Assembly: GCF_000142905.1 (NCBI RefSeq)
Contig: NW_013657669.1
Span: 248,001-312,000, forward strand
Reading direction: 5' to 3'
Length of the DNA: 64,000 nucleotides
Origin: Thecamonas trahens ATCC 50062
Taxonomy: Eukaryota; Protista; Apusomonadida
The notes beneath the pieces are model-generated. The model had not been told where the DNA came from, did not search any database, and saw nothing but the letters and a program-made list of their open reading frames with translations. Position numbers and translations under genes: made by a program. Positions 22,301-33,425 of this stretch are shown one piece after another; position 1 is the first letter of the stretch, and every line of letters begins with the position of its first letter.

Positions 22301-25300
22301 GGCGGAGGGCGCGGAGGGCGCGGAAGAGGCGGAACTCGCCGGCGAGAAAAAGGGCTAGGAGCGAGGAGACGACGACAAAAAGGTCGACGGCGTTCCACGC
22401 CGAGCGCATGTACGCAATGTCCGACGGCCAGATGAAGCCAACAGTGACGATCTTGGCAATGGCCTCAAAGGTAAAGGCGACAAGAAAGACGAGATTGGCC
22501 CAGTAAATGGTGACGCCGAGCGACGAGGTGCGGTCGACAGATGGGCCGTCAAGGGCAAGAAAAATGCAGTTGAGGAGGATGAGCGCCATAATGGTCGGCT
22601 CGAAGAACGGGTGGTTGACGAGCCGGCAGCAGGCCTGGCGGGTGGGCGAGACCGGAGAGAACAGGCGGAGCGAGTGGCCAATCATGATGCGCCACTTGCG
22701 CTCCTCGATTTCTTTCCAGTGACGGACGCGCTGGTGGAGCGACGAGTGGGCGGCGCCCTGCTTCTTGAGGACAGCGGCCTCGGCCTCGGCCTCGGCCTCG
22801 ACCTCTTGCGAGAAACGGTCGAGGAGGATGACGATGAAGAGGTTGAGAAGGACATAGTTGCCGAGCACGATGAGTGAGCCATAGTAAAGGACCGAGAGCC
22901 ACGGGCGGACGCGCATGCTGGTGAAGAGCACGTCGGTCCATGAGTCGCCGGTGATGACCTGAAAAGTGGTGACAAAAGCCCAAAAGGTCGTGTCGTAGTT
23001 GGATCGCGGGGTGCCGGACGGAAAGTCGAGCTTGGAGCCGTACAGCTGCATGCCAAGCGTGGCATACATAAAGATGACGATGACAAGGAGGCACGAGAGG
23101 TAGGCGACTGAGGAGAGCGAGGCCGTGACAGTCTTAAGGACCCTTGCCAGTGAGCCCCAGACTCGAACGAGGCGAAAGACGCGAAGAAGACGGAAGCAGC
23201 GGAGGACTGTGACCGAGAACGGGAGAGGGACGCCAAACTCGATGAGCGAGACCATGACGACGGCGACGTCAAACACGTTGTAGCTGTCCGAGACAAAAGC
23301 CCTGAGCGTCGAGCCAGCGAGCCGCCCGACAAGCTCGATGGCAAACCAGACAGTAAACATAATATTGCCGTAAAACTGGGCGTGCTCTAGCAGTCGCGGC
23401 TGCTGGTAGTGCTCGGTAGCAAGGAGGATGGCATTGAGTACAATCGGGACTGCCATGGCCCGCTCAAACTGCGGATGGTGGGTGAGTGCATGGACGGCAG
23501 GCACGTAAGCGTTGGGCGGGGAGCGTCGCGGAGCCACAAGCGGCGCAGATGCGTCGTCGTGGTGATGGGCCGGCGACGATGCTGGCGCCGGAGAAGGTGT
23601 TGGGATCGGGATGATGTCCGGAGATGGTGCAGGGGGGAAAGTGATGGGCACGGTGAGAGGCGGCGGGCGTGGAGAGGCGGGTGGCGTCGATGCTACCGTC
23701 GAGACCATCGACGACGATGCCGAGAGTCTGGACGACGACGAGTATTCCGAGTCGGCCACGGTTCCGACCGAGTGGCGAGCCGGATGCAACTGGATTAGCC
23801 GCGAAGTGGCCGAGAGAATGGGGCTCGCTGCTGGCCGAGGCGCAGACGGCTCAGAGCCCTGGTTATCCTTTGGCTCACTGTCAGACGGGTTCGAGCCAGT
23901 CGAGTACTCGTAGGTGTAGGAGAACAGTTCGCGTGCTGGGTCAGCCTTCTGGTCGGGCAGAGATGAAGACGAGGCGAGCGATGATGTCGATGCAGTCGGG
24001 GAAGGAAGAGAAGACGAGGACGAGAAGACGAGGACGAGGAGGACGAGGAGGACGAGGAGGACGAGGACGAGGTTGACGAGATTGATTCCTGAAACTCGCG
24101 GAGCTCGCGGGTGCCGGGTGGACGGCAGTCGGGTCGAATGCCGGGTTCGAGGTTGCGAGCGGTGGGTTGACGTGGATGGTGGGCGTGGGCGGCGGAACAC
24201 CAACAGCAGCGGATACCGACTTGGCGCGCGAGCGAGTGGTGGTGCGGACAGAGACAGACTTGCCAAGGGCCTCGGCCTGGGCGGTCTCGGCCTCTGCGGC
24301 GGCAACAGCGGCATCCTCGCGCTCGGCCTCGGAGAAGAGGGAAAAGGCGGCGGTGAGGATGGCGAGGACGAGGTTGAGGATGATGAAGGTGGCGATGGCG
24401 GTGTAGGTAACAAAGTAGATCCAGATCCAAGGCGAGTACACGTCCTGGGCGCGGTACATGACTGAGGACCAGCCGTCAAACGAGATAGCGTTGAAGAGGA
24501 CGAGAAAAGCATGCGGGATGTGGTCAAACGAGGTAAAGCCAAAGTTAGGGTTTGCAGCCGCCGCCAGACACACCTGGCCCGGCGCACACATGTACCCATT
24601 CGCGTCAGGCACGCCGCACAGCCGGTCGCGGTTGATGTCAAGAACAAGGCTACCGTCAGGCGCCTGGAAGTAGCAGCGCTGGTGGAACTTGCCGACAAGG
24701 AGCTGGACGCCAAGAATGCCGTAGATGATGAAGAGAAAGAGATAGAGGATGGCGACGTCAAGGAGCGAGGGTAGCGAGAAGAGAAGCGAGTTGACAAGGA
24801 CCCGCATGCCCGAGATCGAAGAGATGGTGCGGAGCGGGCGCAGGATGCGGATGGTGCGGATGGACGAGACGTTGACCGACGATTGGAAGAAGACTAGCGA
24901 GCCAGCAACTACAACGACAAAGTCAAGGACGTTCCACGGCGAGCGGAGGTAGGCCGAGCGGTGGAGGACAAAGCCCATGGCAAAGATCTTGAGCAAGAGT
25001 TCGGCGACAAAGATGGCCTGGAAGTAGATCTCTGAAGAAAGGAGGAAGCTGTTCCATGACGAGTCCGCCGGCTCGGTCGGACGCGAGAGCGCGATAAAGA
25101 TGCAATTGGTGAGGATGACGGTGAGGATAAAGTAGTCAAAGACTGGATGGTCGACGAGGTAGATGGCGTACCGGCGGGCCACATTCTCAGTGGTAAAGAG
25201 GCCGAGTGACTTTGAGCGATACAGCTGCTCGCGCCCGACGATGAACGGCACGGTCGACTCTGTTTCGAGCTCGCCGGCGATCTCGTTCTGGAACAGGTCG

Positions 25301-25659
25301 TCGACGCCGAGCGCCATGACGTTGCCGTCGTCCCACTCGGCCGCGGCGGCAGCGGCCTTCTCGCGAGCCGTCGCTCGGTCATAGATGTTCTGTGCATCAG
25401 CTGCAGCATGAGCAATCGACGCCGATCGGCCGGCATCTGGCACCGACTTTGAGTCTGGCGGCGGGAGAGGAGGTGGTGCGGGCGGACCAGACGGGACGCG
25501 GACCACCATCTGAGTCGGGTAGCGGTGGCGGTGCGGGCGGCGTTTGTGGCGGGCGGCGCGGCGGGCGCGGAGGGCGCGGTACTCAGTCTTGGCTCGGCTC
25601 CGAGTATGGCGCGAGATGATGTCCTCTTGTTGGACCCGCCGTCGCTGGATGCGGACCAT
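19392..25659 (-). CDS. Four-domain voltage-gated cation channel alpha subunit (Nav/Cav superfamily); frame break in the I-II linker (~23940-24100)
   Basis: Four 6-TM repeats with Arg-rich S4 helices (IRTIRILRPLRT, LRCFRLLRVFRLVR, FRALRALRPLK, VRIVRLGRLLRLGKR). Pore loops SFDGW, TGDSW, MLVGW, TADVW. III-IV linker VFMT, EF-hand-like WSKYDP and IQ-like AVEIISNWWTRY. Domain I lies in ORF 23941..25659 and domains II-IV in ORF 19392..24797. Confidence 0.95.
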
Positions 25660-26058
25660 GGTTGGGCGGTGTAGGGGGCGGTGTGTTGGGGGGTGGGGGG
25701 GAGGGGGGGGGGGGGGGGGGGGGGAAGGGCGGAAGGGGAGGGGGCGCGCTGGCGAAGCGAGCGGCGGGAATGAGAGACGACAGTGTCACCTTGGCTGTCA
25801 CTGTCACGGTGCAAGTGAAGGTGGGGGGAGGGAGGGGGGGAGGGAGGGAGGAATTTTTTTTGCGAGTGTGAAAACGGGAGGGGAGGGCGGAAGTGACATC
25901 CGCACCTGCTCCAATGGCGGCAACCAACCACACCGGCAGACAGAGGGCGTTTCCGCTAGAGAGGGCAAACATCTGTCCCGCGGCTCGAGCAGGAGCGTGG
26001 AGTAGACAAGGCGGCCGCAGCGAGGTAGTTGTTGTTGCCGGCTGGGACTGCGGCTGCG

Positions 26059-26685
26059 ATGGCCAAGAGCAAGGGCAAGGGCAAGGGCGAGAGCAAGGGC
26101 GAGAGCAAGGGCAAAGGCAAGCGCAAGCAAGCGCATGGACCTGACCATTGGGATGCAAGCACGTCGTCGCCGTACTTGGTTCATGCGGCTGTAGTGGGCA
26201 AGGGCGAAGGCAAGCGCAAGTCCAAGTCAAAGGGCAGGGGCAAGCGCAAGCTGAGCCTTGGCCTTGGGAGGAAGAAGGCAAAGCCACTGGTCAAACGCAC
26301 GGCAGGTAGGCACAACAAGCTGACCGACGATGAGCTGATAGAGCATGATCGGCTGGAGCGGGTCTCGTCACGCGGCGAGCTGGATAACCCACACATGGTC
26401 TCGGACTCGTCGTGCTCGACCTCGCTCATCTTCCCGCGCCTCGCCTCGTCCAGTACAAACTCGAGCTCGGGCTCGGGCTCGAGCTCGAGCTCGAACACCG
26501 GCTCGGGCTCGAGCTCAAGCTCGAGCTCCTCGGGCTCGTCGGCATCTTCGACAAGCACGGGCGTCCAGCCGTCATCGATCTCGATCTCGGTCGAACTCGA
26601 GACGACTGTCGGGTCGACGCTACAGCAGATGCCGTCCGACTCAACGATGAGCTCGACGACCTCGGCGCTGTCGCCGACAATGTGA
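26059..26685 (+). CDS. Hypothetical low-complexity Lys/Gly- then Ser-rich protein
   Basis: ATG ORF with KGKG and SSSG repeats. No family recognised. Confidence 0.35.
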   Translation: MAKSKGKGKGESKGESKGKGKRKQAHGPDHWDASTSSPYLVHAAVVGKGEGKRKSKSKGRGKRKLSLGLGRKKAKPLVKRTAGRHNKLTDDELIEHDRLERVSSRGELDNPHMVSDSSCSTSLIFPRLASSSTNSSSGSGSSSSSNTGSGSSSSSSSSGSSASSTSTGVQPSSISISVELETTVGSTLQQMPSDSTMSSTTSALSPTM

Positions 26686-26821
26686 ACAAGCCATCGCTTT
26701 GTGGAGCTGAGCTCCAAGGTCACTACCTCTCTGTCCTATGCCTGGCCGTCGTCATGTAGCGAAGCACATGAAGCTCCACCGCGAATGCGCGATAAAGTGA
26801 TTCTTTAGCCAAAAACCGTGC

Positions 26822-29166
26822 TTACTCGCGAAGGGCAGCAAGATCGTCGGAGCGGGCGGCGCGAAGGGCAACGAGCTCGGTGATGAGGTCGTCGACGGAG
26901 ACCTCGCGGCGCTTGATGCGGCGCTTCTTGCCCTCGCCTTCGACCTCGCCACGGGCGCGGAGGTTGACGGTGCCGTTCTCGGCCTCCTGGCCGCCGACGA
27001 TGAGGATGTAGTTGACGTGGGCGACGTCGGCAATGGCAACCTTCTGGTTGAGGGTCTTGGTGGAGGTGTCGACCTCGACGTGGAAGTGCTCGGCGTGGAG
27101 GCGGGCACGGACGGACTCGGCATAGTCGTTGTACTCTGCGGCGATGGGGACGATGGCGACCTGACGAGGGGCGAGCCAGAACGGCCAAAGGCCGCCATAC
27201 GACTCGGTGAGGATGGCGATCATGCGCTCGACTGAGCCGAGGATGGCGCGGTGGATCATGACCGGGCGCTCATGGCCGTTCTCGCTCGAAAACTCGAGGT
27301 CAAAGTTCTTGGGCAGCTGGAAGTCAAGCTGGCAGGTGGCACACTGATGCTTGCGGCGGAGGGCGTCCATGACGGTGATGTCGATCTTGGGCCCGTAGAA
27401 CGCGCCGTCGCCCTCGTTGATGGTCCACGGCTCGCCGAAGCGGTCGAGCGCCTCGCGGAGCTGGGCCTCGGCCACGTCCCAATCGGCGATCTCGCCCATG
27501 AACTTCTCGGGGCGGGTGGAGAGGCGGAGCTCAAAGGTGAAGCCAAAGACGCCGTAGACCTCGCGGAGCATGTCGAGAACGCCAGCGACCTCGTCCTGGA
27601 CCTGCGACGACATGCAGAAGATGTGGGCGTCGTCCTGCTGGAACCGGCGGACGCGGGTGAGGCCCGAAAGTGCGCCGGAGAGCTCGTTGCGGTGGAGGAC
27701 GCCAAAGTCGGCGAGGCGGAGCGGGAGGTCGCGCCACGAGCGGGTCCGGTGCTTGAACACGAGGCAGTGGCCTGGGCAGTTCATGGGCTTGAGCGCATAG
27801 ATGTCGTGCTCGCACTCAAACTGGAACATGTTCTCGGCGTAGTTCTGCCAGTGGCCCGAGGTCTGCCACAGCTTGTGGTTGTACACGTTGGGGGTGATGA
27901 CCTCCTCGTACCCACGCTTCCAGTACTGCTCCTTGATAAAGTCGACGAGCGCGTTGTACATGCGCGCGCCGTACGGCTCAAAGAAGCACGAGCCCGGCGA
28001 GAGCTGGTCAAAGAAGAACAGCTGCTGGTCGAGGCCGAGCCGCCGGTGGTCGTTCTTCTTGGCCTTTTCCACCAGAGCGAGGTGCTCCTTCAGCTGTTTG
28101 GCCTTGGGGAAGGAGATGCCGTAGACCCGCGACATACGGTCGTTCTCGGCCTTGCCCTTCCAGTACGCCGACGAGGTGAGGGTGAGGGCAAAGGCCTTGA
28201 TGAGACCGGTAGACGGGAGGTGCGGGCCGCGGCAGAGGTCGACAAGCGGACCGCAGCGGTAGACGGTGATGGGGGCACCCTCCGGAATGTCCTGGTTGAT
28301 GATCTCCTGCTTGTACTTGTTGTAGCCAAACATGGCCACGGCCTCGTCCTTCTCCATCCGCACACGCTCAAACGGCTGGTTCGCCTTGGTGATGGCCTTG
28401 ACCTTGGCCTCGATGACCGGAAAGTCGGCGTCGGCCACAGTCTTGGCTGCCACCTTGAGCTCCGGCTCGCTGCTGGATGCGCCGTCGGCCTCGGCCTCGG
28501 CTCCGACGTCGCCGTCGGCTCCGAGCGCCATGTCATAGTAAAAGCCCTGCTCAAGCGCAGGTCCGATGCCCAGCGCGCCGCCAAAGATCATCTCAAGCGC
28601 CTGCCCGAGCACGTGCGCCGACGAGTGCCAGAACGCGTGCTTGCCCTCCTCCGAGTCAAACTTGTGGAACTTGAGGCACTCGACCGGGCCCTCCAGCGGG
28701 CGGTGCAGGTCCCACGGCGCACCGTCGGCCGACGCCACCACCACTTGCTTGGCCAGGCTCGATGAGATGGCCTTGACAATCTCCATCGGCGTGGTCTTGT
28801 GGCAGAGAACAGGGAACTTGCTAAAGACGGCACCGTCGGGCATCTTGACCTCGATCTCCACGTCGGGCAGGCCAGCCCGCCACTCGTCCTGCCGTGCCTT
28901 GGCTGCCTCAAACAGCTCAATCCGCTTGTCCACGTATGCCGGAGTCTCCGCCAGCGGCTTCACTGCCTTGCCCTTGGCGCCGCCCTTCTTCTTCTTCCCG
29001 CCCTTGCCACTGTGTTGCCGAGGTGGAGAACGAGGTGGGATGGACGAAGAATGTGTGTGAGAGAGAGGGAGTGGGGAGGGGAGGGGGGAGGGAGGAATGA
29101 AGGGAGGAATAAAGGGAGGGAGGGAGGGAGGGAGGGATGGAGGGGTGCCTACCCGTTGTCGGCCAT
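26822..29166 (-). CDS. TARS: Cytosolic threonyl-tRNA synthetase, exons 29153..29166 and 26822..29009
   Basis: TGS domain, editing motifs FWHSSAH and DLCRGPH, and catalytic motifs KPMNCPGHC, LHRNELSGALSGLTRVRRFQQDDAHIF, GDGAFYGPKID, HRAILGSVER. The phase-2 intron 29010..29152 (GG|GTAGGC...ACAG|T) gives MADNGGKGGKKKK. Confidence 0.97.
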
Positions 29167-29270
29167 TTGTGATATTGGTGTTGAGTGTACGTGTGTGCGT
29201 ACGTGTGCGTGTTAGCGTCAGAGTGGCTCGGCTTGGCCTTGTTGTCGCTTTAGAGGCAAAAGTCGTCGAA

Positions 29271-29317
29271 TCGGGCGAACGTTCGACTATTTGTCGAACG
29301 ACAGAACGTTCGCTCGA
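29271..29317. promoter_or_regulatory. Nested inverted repeat containing two GAACGTTC palindromes upstream of ThrRS
   Basis: Outer arms TCGGGCGAACGTTC and GAACGTTCGCTCGA (1 mismatch), with an inner hairpin CGTTCGAC-TATTT-GTCGAACG. Confidence 0.35.
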
Positions 29318-30011
29318 GTCCGGTACAGAGAGTGGTTCATGAGGGGGAGGGGGAGGGGGAGAGGGGGGGAGGTATCGATCGACGGGGAGGGGCGGGAGAG
29401 TAAAGAGATGCGGCTGCTTGGTTGTTGCAGATGAGGAATACTGTGATGCTATGGCTTGGTTCTTGCACAGCAAGGATGAAAAACAGGGACAAATCACAGA
29501 TCACTTTTTTAAAGCCCAAACAGAGTTACACACACCCAACAAGCCAGCAAGAACAAACCCACACACACCACGCACCCACACCCTCGCACACATGCTCATG
29601 TCGATTGATGATGGGATCAAGTGGCCCATCTGGTGTCGTATCTCCACCCCGTGACTCCCCATGCCACGATCTCAGAAGATGCACTCTGCCAGCGCAACAG
29701 CTAGTGCATAGATAGTCGGATCAGATGTGAGACCGGTCTCGAGAGCGGATGAGATGATAGGTGCAGGTACGATAGGACGGGGGGGGGGGGGGGGCGGAAA
29801 GGTGAGGGGGGCGCGCTTAAGTGCATATGGCCAGAGAAAGTGAGCAGGGATTTATCAGAGCTCGAGCCGGGCCATACCACCGATGGCCCGAGAAGATGGT
29901 CTCTGAGCAGCTCTCCTCTGCTCTGCCAAGCGACACGGTTCCGACCAGACACACCGGCCACTCCACCCCCCTTCTCCCTGCGGCCGCACCCGGCCCTGTC
30001 CCGGAAGAGGG

Positions 30012-33000
30012 ATGGCAACGGACCGGACACTGCTAGTGTATGGGCTGCACTTTGAGGAGTGGTGCGGCGAGCTGGCGGACGTCCTCGCGCTCTACGGCGA
30101 GCACGTGCTGACGGTCCGGGACTCGCTGGCCGAGGTCATCTTCCCCACTCGGCCCATTGCGCTGCAGGCGCTCAACGAGCTCAACGGCGCCGCCATCAAC
30201 TCACACGTTATCAACCTTCGCTGGGCCCAGCCGCTCTCATCGCTCTCGGCCTCTATCATCCATGCCATGGACGGCTCAGCCTACACTGCAGGCGCCAAGG
30301 ACAAGCTGACGCTCCCGCCGACGTCGGCCACTTCTCGCGCAGGCGCGACCGATGCGGGTGATGCCACAGACTCACTGAATGGACCGACTTGGGTCGAGCG
30401 CAAGTCGGTCTCAGCGCCGAACACTCCGCCGAACGAGCTGATGGCGGCGCCCGGCTTGGAAAGCGCGCTCGACTGCGACGTGACACCGCCGCGCCCGCTG
30501 GCACTGGCCGGCCGGGCGGCGTCGGTCGACATGGCGCTTGTCGGCTCGCCGTCAGACATCGAGGTGCTGGATCTCGGCGAGCTCCTCGGCGACGCCCTGC
30601 CGCAGATCACGCTCGAGGTCGACGACACCCATCGGGTCGCCGGCAAGCATGCACTCGACGATCAGCTGCCGTACCTGCTTGCGCAGCTGCGCTCGGCGCC
30701 AGACGCGGCGTCCCTCGGCCGACTGCTGGACTGGATCCTCGAGCTCCGCGACCTGCCGCTGGCCGAAGCACGCCCGGCCATCGCCGCCTTTATCGATCTA
30801 TGCGGCACCGCGCTCCTTCTCGACCTCCTCCGCGACATGAGCACCAGTGCTCGCTCGCTGCGGCGGGCCAAAGCCGCGCTCACGCTTCCTGAAGACGAGC
30901 TCTATCGACTGTACGAGGTGGAAGACTCGGAGGTTGTGGTCGTCGAAGCTCTGCTGGCGCTCATCGACGTCGATCCTGACGAGGCCGCGCTCACCGCTAT
31001 CATTGGGCCCGAGGGCACCGGCCTCTGGGAGGTCATGTCTGCTTTTGTCTCTCCCGACCTTGACTTGCAGGGCAAAATCCTGCAGCTCATGTGCTGGGTG
31101 GCCGACGCCGGACCGGCCGGGCACGCCGCCGCACGATCGGCGCTCGCCTACTTTGAGTCGCAGCTCCATGACTCGGCAGCCATGCGACTGACGCAGACGC
31201 TGCACCCGGATCCAGACGCCCCACTCGACTCGCTCCGCTCGCACTACCTGGTCCAGGTCATGGCGCTCACTCTCATCAACACCCTCCTCGATGGCATTCC
31301 CGATCTCGCGCCACGCACTGCCTATCGTGCCGTCTTCCTCGACCTCGACTTTGATAGCGTCATTGCGGCCATGGAAGCTGCTCTCGACGCCCGCTCGCCC
31401 GCCGCCGCTGCTGCGCTCTCCATCGACCCGGCCCTTCTCTCCGCCCAGATCGCCCGCTTTCGTGCCTCGGCCGATGCCGACGCCGCCGCCGCCGCCATCC
31501 GCGGCGTCGATCTGGCCGACCCGCTCGCCCTCGCCAAGCACATTTGCGCTGTCTACTCGGAGAGCCACGCCGCCCGCGACCACCTTGCCGCCCTCCTCCG
31601 AGCCCTTGCCGCCGCCCACCATGACGCGCCGTCGTCATCCGCCATCAGTCTCCTCTACGGCCGCCTCCTCGCGGTCTGCGCCGGCTCAGATCTCGAGCCA
31701 CCCGCGCCGGCTCCGTCCCGCCCCGCTGTGGCGGCGCCGGCAGCCCCGCCCCCGAATCTGACGCCGCGGGTGCCGCCCCCACTGGCCGTCTCGCCGCCCT
31801 CGCCCACGCCACCACTGCCATCGGAGGCGAAAACTGGTGAGCAAGCGACAGACGCCGCGCCGCCACCTGCTGCGCCTGTGCCGACAGCGGCTCCACCGAG
31901 TGGCGCGCCGCCGCCACCGCCACCACCTCCACCGCCACCGCCGACTGGCTCCGGCATTCCGCCGCCGCCGCCACCACCGGGCCCCGGACCGCCATCGGCT
32001 GGCTGCGGCGTCCCCCCGCCACCGCCGCCACCCGGCAGAGCCTCGGTCCGCAACTCCAAGCACGTTCTCAAGTCGCTCTACTGGCGCAAGCTCAACCCGC
32101 GGACAGCGGCTGGCACCGTCTTTGCGCAGCTCGGGTCGGCCGAGACGGACGCGCTCGGCATTGATGTGACCGAACTCGAAGTCGCGTTTGCACGCGACGC
32201 AAACGCCGCGTCAGGCAAAGCCGCAGCCGTCGCGGACAGTGCCACTGCCCCCGCCGCATCCAAGCGGCCGTCGCTGCTGCAGTCTCAGCGTGCGACCAAC
32301 GTCGAGATCTGTATGGCCAAGATGCCCCACTCGGCCGACGAGCTCGTTGCAGCCGTGGCTGAGCTCGACGTCGCTGTCCTCACGCCACAAGTCACTGAAA
32401 CGTTGCTCAAGACACTACTTCCGACCGAGGAGGAGCTGCCGATCCTGCGTGGCTACGCTGGCGACCACGAGCTGCTCACGCCCGGCGATGCGCTGGCGGT
32501 AGCTCTTGCGAGCATTCCACGCGCCCGCGAGGCGGTCTCGGCCCACGCGTTTATGCTCTCGTACCCCGAGGGCGAGGCGGCGGTGAGTGCGGGGATGAGC
32601 AAGCTCTCTGGAGCGCTGGCAGCGCTCCGCGACTCGGCTGAACTGCGGAGCGTCCTGCAGCGGGTCCTCGTCTTTGGCAATGTGCTGAACGAGGGCACGG
32701 CTCGCGGGCGAGCACAAGGCTTCCGGTTCTCCATCTGCGCCAAGCTGAGCTCGACCAAGGCCACGACCGACTCGTCGCGTTCGGTCGTCCACTTTCTCGT
32801 TGCTGCGCTGGAAGCGTCCGAGCCAAGCGCGCTGAGCGCACTCGACGACACCGTCGGCACTGCGCTTGCTGCTGCAGCCGGCATGACGCTCGGCCACATC
32901 CGCTCCGGACTCGGCAACCTCAAGGCCGCAACGCAGCAGGTGGCGGCCGAGGCCAAGGTCCGCGGCGAAGACTCGACCTTTGCACTTCGCTTTGCGCCGT

Positions 33001-33407
33001 TTCTCGAGGCGGTCAGCACCGCGCTCGCCGACCTTGATACTGGCGTCGCAGCACTCGAGGCACAGTGGGAGGAAACTGCCAAGTTCTTTGGCGAGGATCC
33101 GAGCAAAATGGAGCTGCCCGAGTTTCTTGACGCTGCGCGAGTCTTTATCGTCTCGCTCAAGTCTGCGGCGGCCGACAACGCAGCGGCGGCGGCCGAGGCC
33201 CAGAAGCGCGCGGCGCGCAAGGCCCGCCGGCGCAAGGTCCGCGACGCCATGGCGAGCACCGAGGCGGCGGTCCCCGGGCGGCGCGCCGCAGCTCGGTCCA
33301 AGAACCGTCGCGGGTCAGTAGCAGTCTCGGGCGATCGCGCAATTCGCAAGGCACGCGAGCTCGACGAGTACCGTCGGGCCCGCAAGGAGCGGCTGGCGAG
33401 CAAGTGA
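30012..33407 (+). CDS. Formin (N-terminal RRM-like + GBD/FH3-like + FH1 + FH2)
   Basis: Poly-Pro FH1. FH2 motifs LKSLYWRKL, RATNVEICMAK, LLPTEEE, GNVLNEGTARGRAQGF, KLSSTK, AKFFGED. FH3-like LTLINTLLDGIPDLAPRTAYR. Confidence 0.93.
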   Translation: MATDRTLLVYGLHFEEWCGELADVLALYGEHVLTVRDSLAEVIFPTRPIALQALNELNGAAINSHVINLRWAQPLSSLSASIIHAMDGSAYTAGAKDKLTLPPTSATSRAGATDAGDATDSLNGPTWVERKSVSAPNTPPNELMAAPGLESALDCDVTPPRPLALAGRAASVDMALVGSPSDIEVLDLGELLGDALPQITLEVDDTHRVAGKHALDDQLPYLLAQLRSAPDAASLGRLLDWILELRDLPLAEARPAIAAFIDLCGTALLLDLLRDMSTSARSLRRAKAALTLPEDELYRLYEVEDSEVVVVEALLALIDVDPDEAALTAIIGPEGTGLWEVMSAFVSPDLDLQGKILQLMCWVADAGPAGHAAARSALAYFESQLHDSAAMRLTQTLHPDPDAPLDSLRSHYLVQVMALTLINTLLDGIPDLAPRTAYRAVFLDLDFDSVIAAMEAALDARSPAAAAALSIDPALLSAQIARFRASADADAAAAAIRGVDLADPLALAKHICAVYSESHAARDHLAALLRALAAAHHDAPSSSAISLLYGRLLAVCAGSDLEPPAPAPSRPAVAAPAAPPPNLTPRVPPPLAVSPPSPTPPLPSEAKTGEQATDAAPPPAAPVPTAAPPSGAPPPPPPPPPPPPTGSGIPPPPPPPGPGPPSAGCGVPPPPPPPGRASVRNSKHVLKSLYWRKLNPRTAAGTVFAQLGSAETDALGIDVTELEVAFARDANAASGKAAAVADSATAPAASKRPSLLQSQRATNVEICMAKMPHSADELVAAVAELDVAVLTPQVTETLLKTLLPTEEELPILRGYAGDHELLTPGDALAVALASIPRAREAVSAHAFMLSYPEGEAAVSAGMSKLSGALAALRDSAELRSVLQRVLVFGNVLNEGTARGRAQGFRFSICAKLSSTKATTDSSRSVVHFLVAALEASEPSALSALDDTVGTALAAAAGMTLGHIRSGLGNLKAATQQVAAEAKVRGEDSTFALRFAPFLEAVSTALADLDTGVAALEAQWEETAKFFGEDPSKMELPEFLDAARVFIVSLKSAAADNAAAAAEAQKRAARKARRRKVRDAMASTEAAVPGRRAAARSKNRRGSVAVSGDRAIRKARELDEYRRARKERLASK

Positions 33408-33425
33408 ACACCATGGGGAGAAGCA

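Noticed and set aside
24030-24090. LVLVLLVLLVLL as an extra TM helix in the channel I-II linker
   Set aside because: This is an off-frame reading of a (TCC/TCG)n Ser repeat between two frame breaks.
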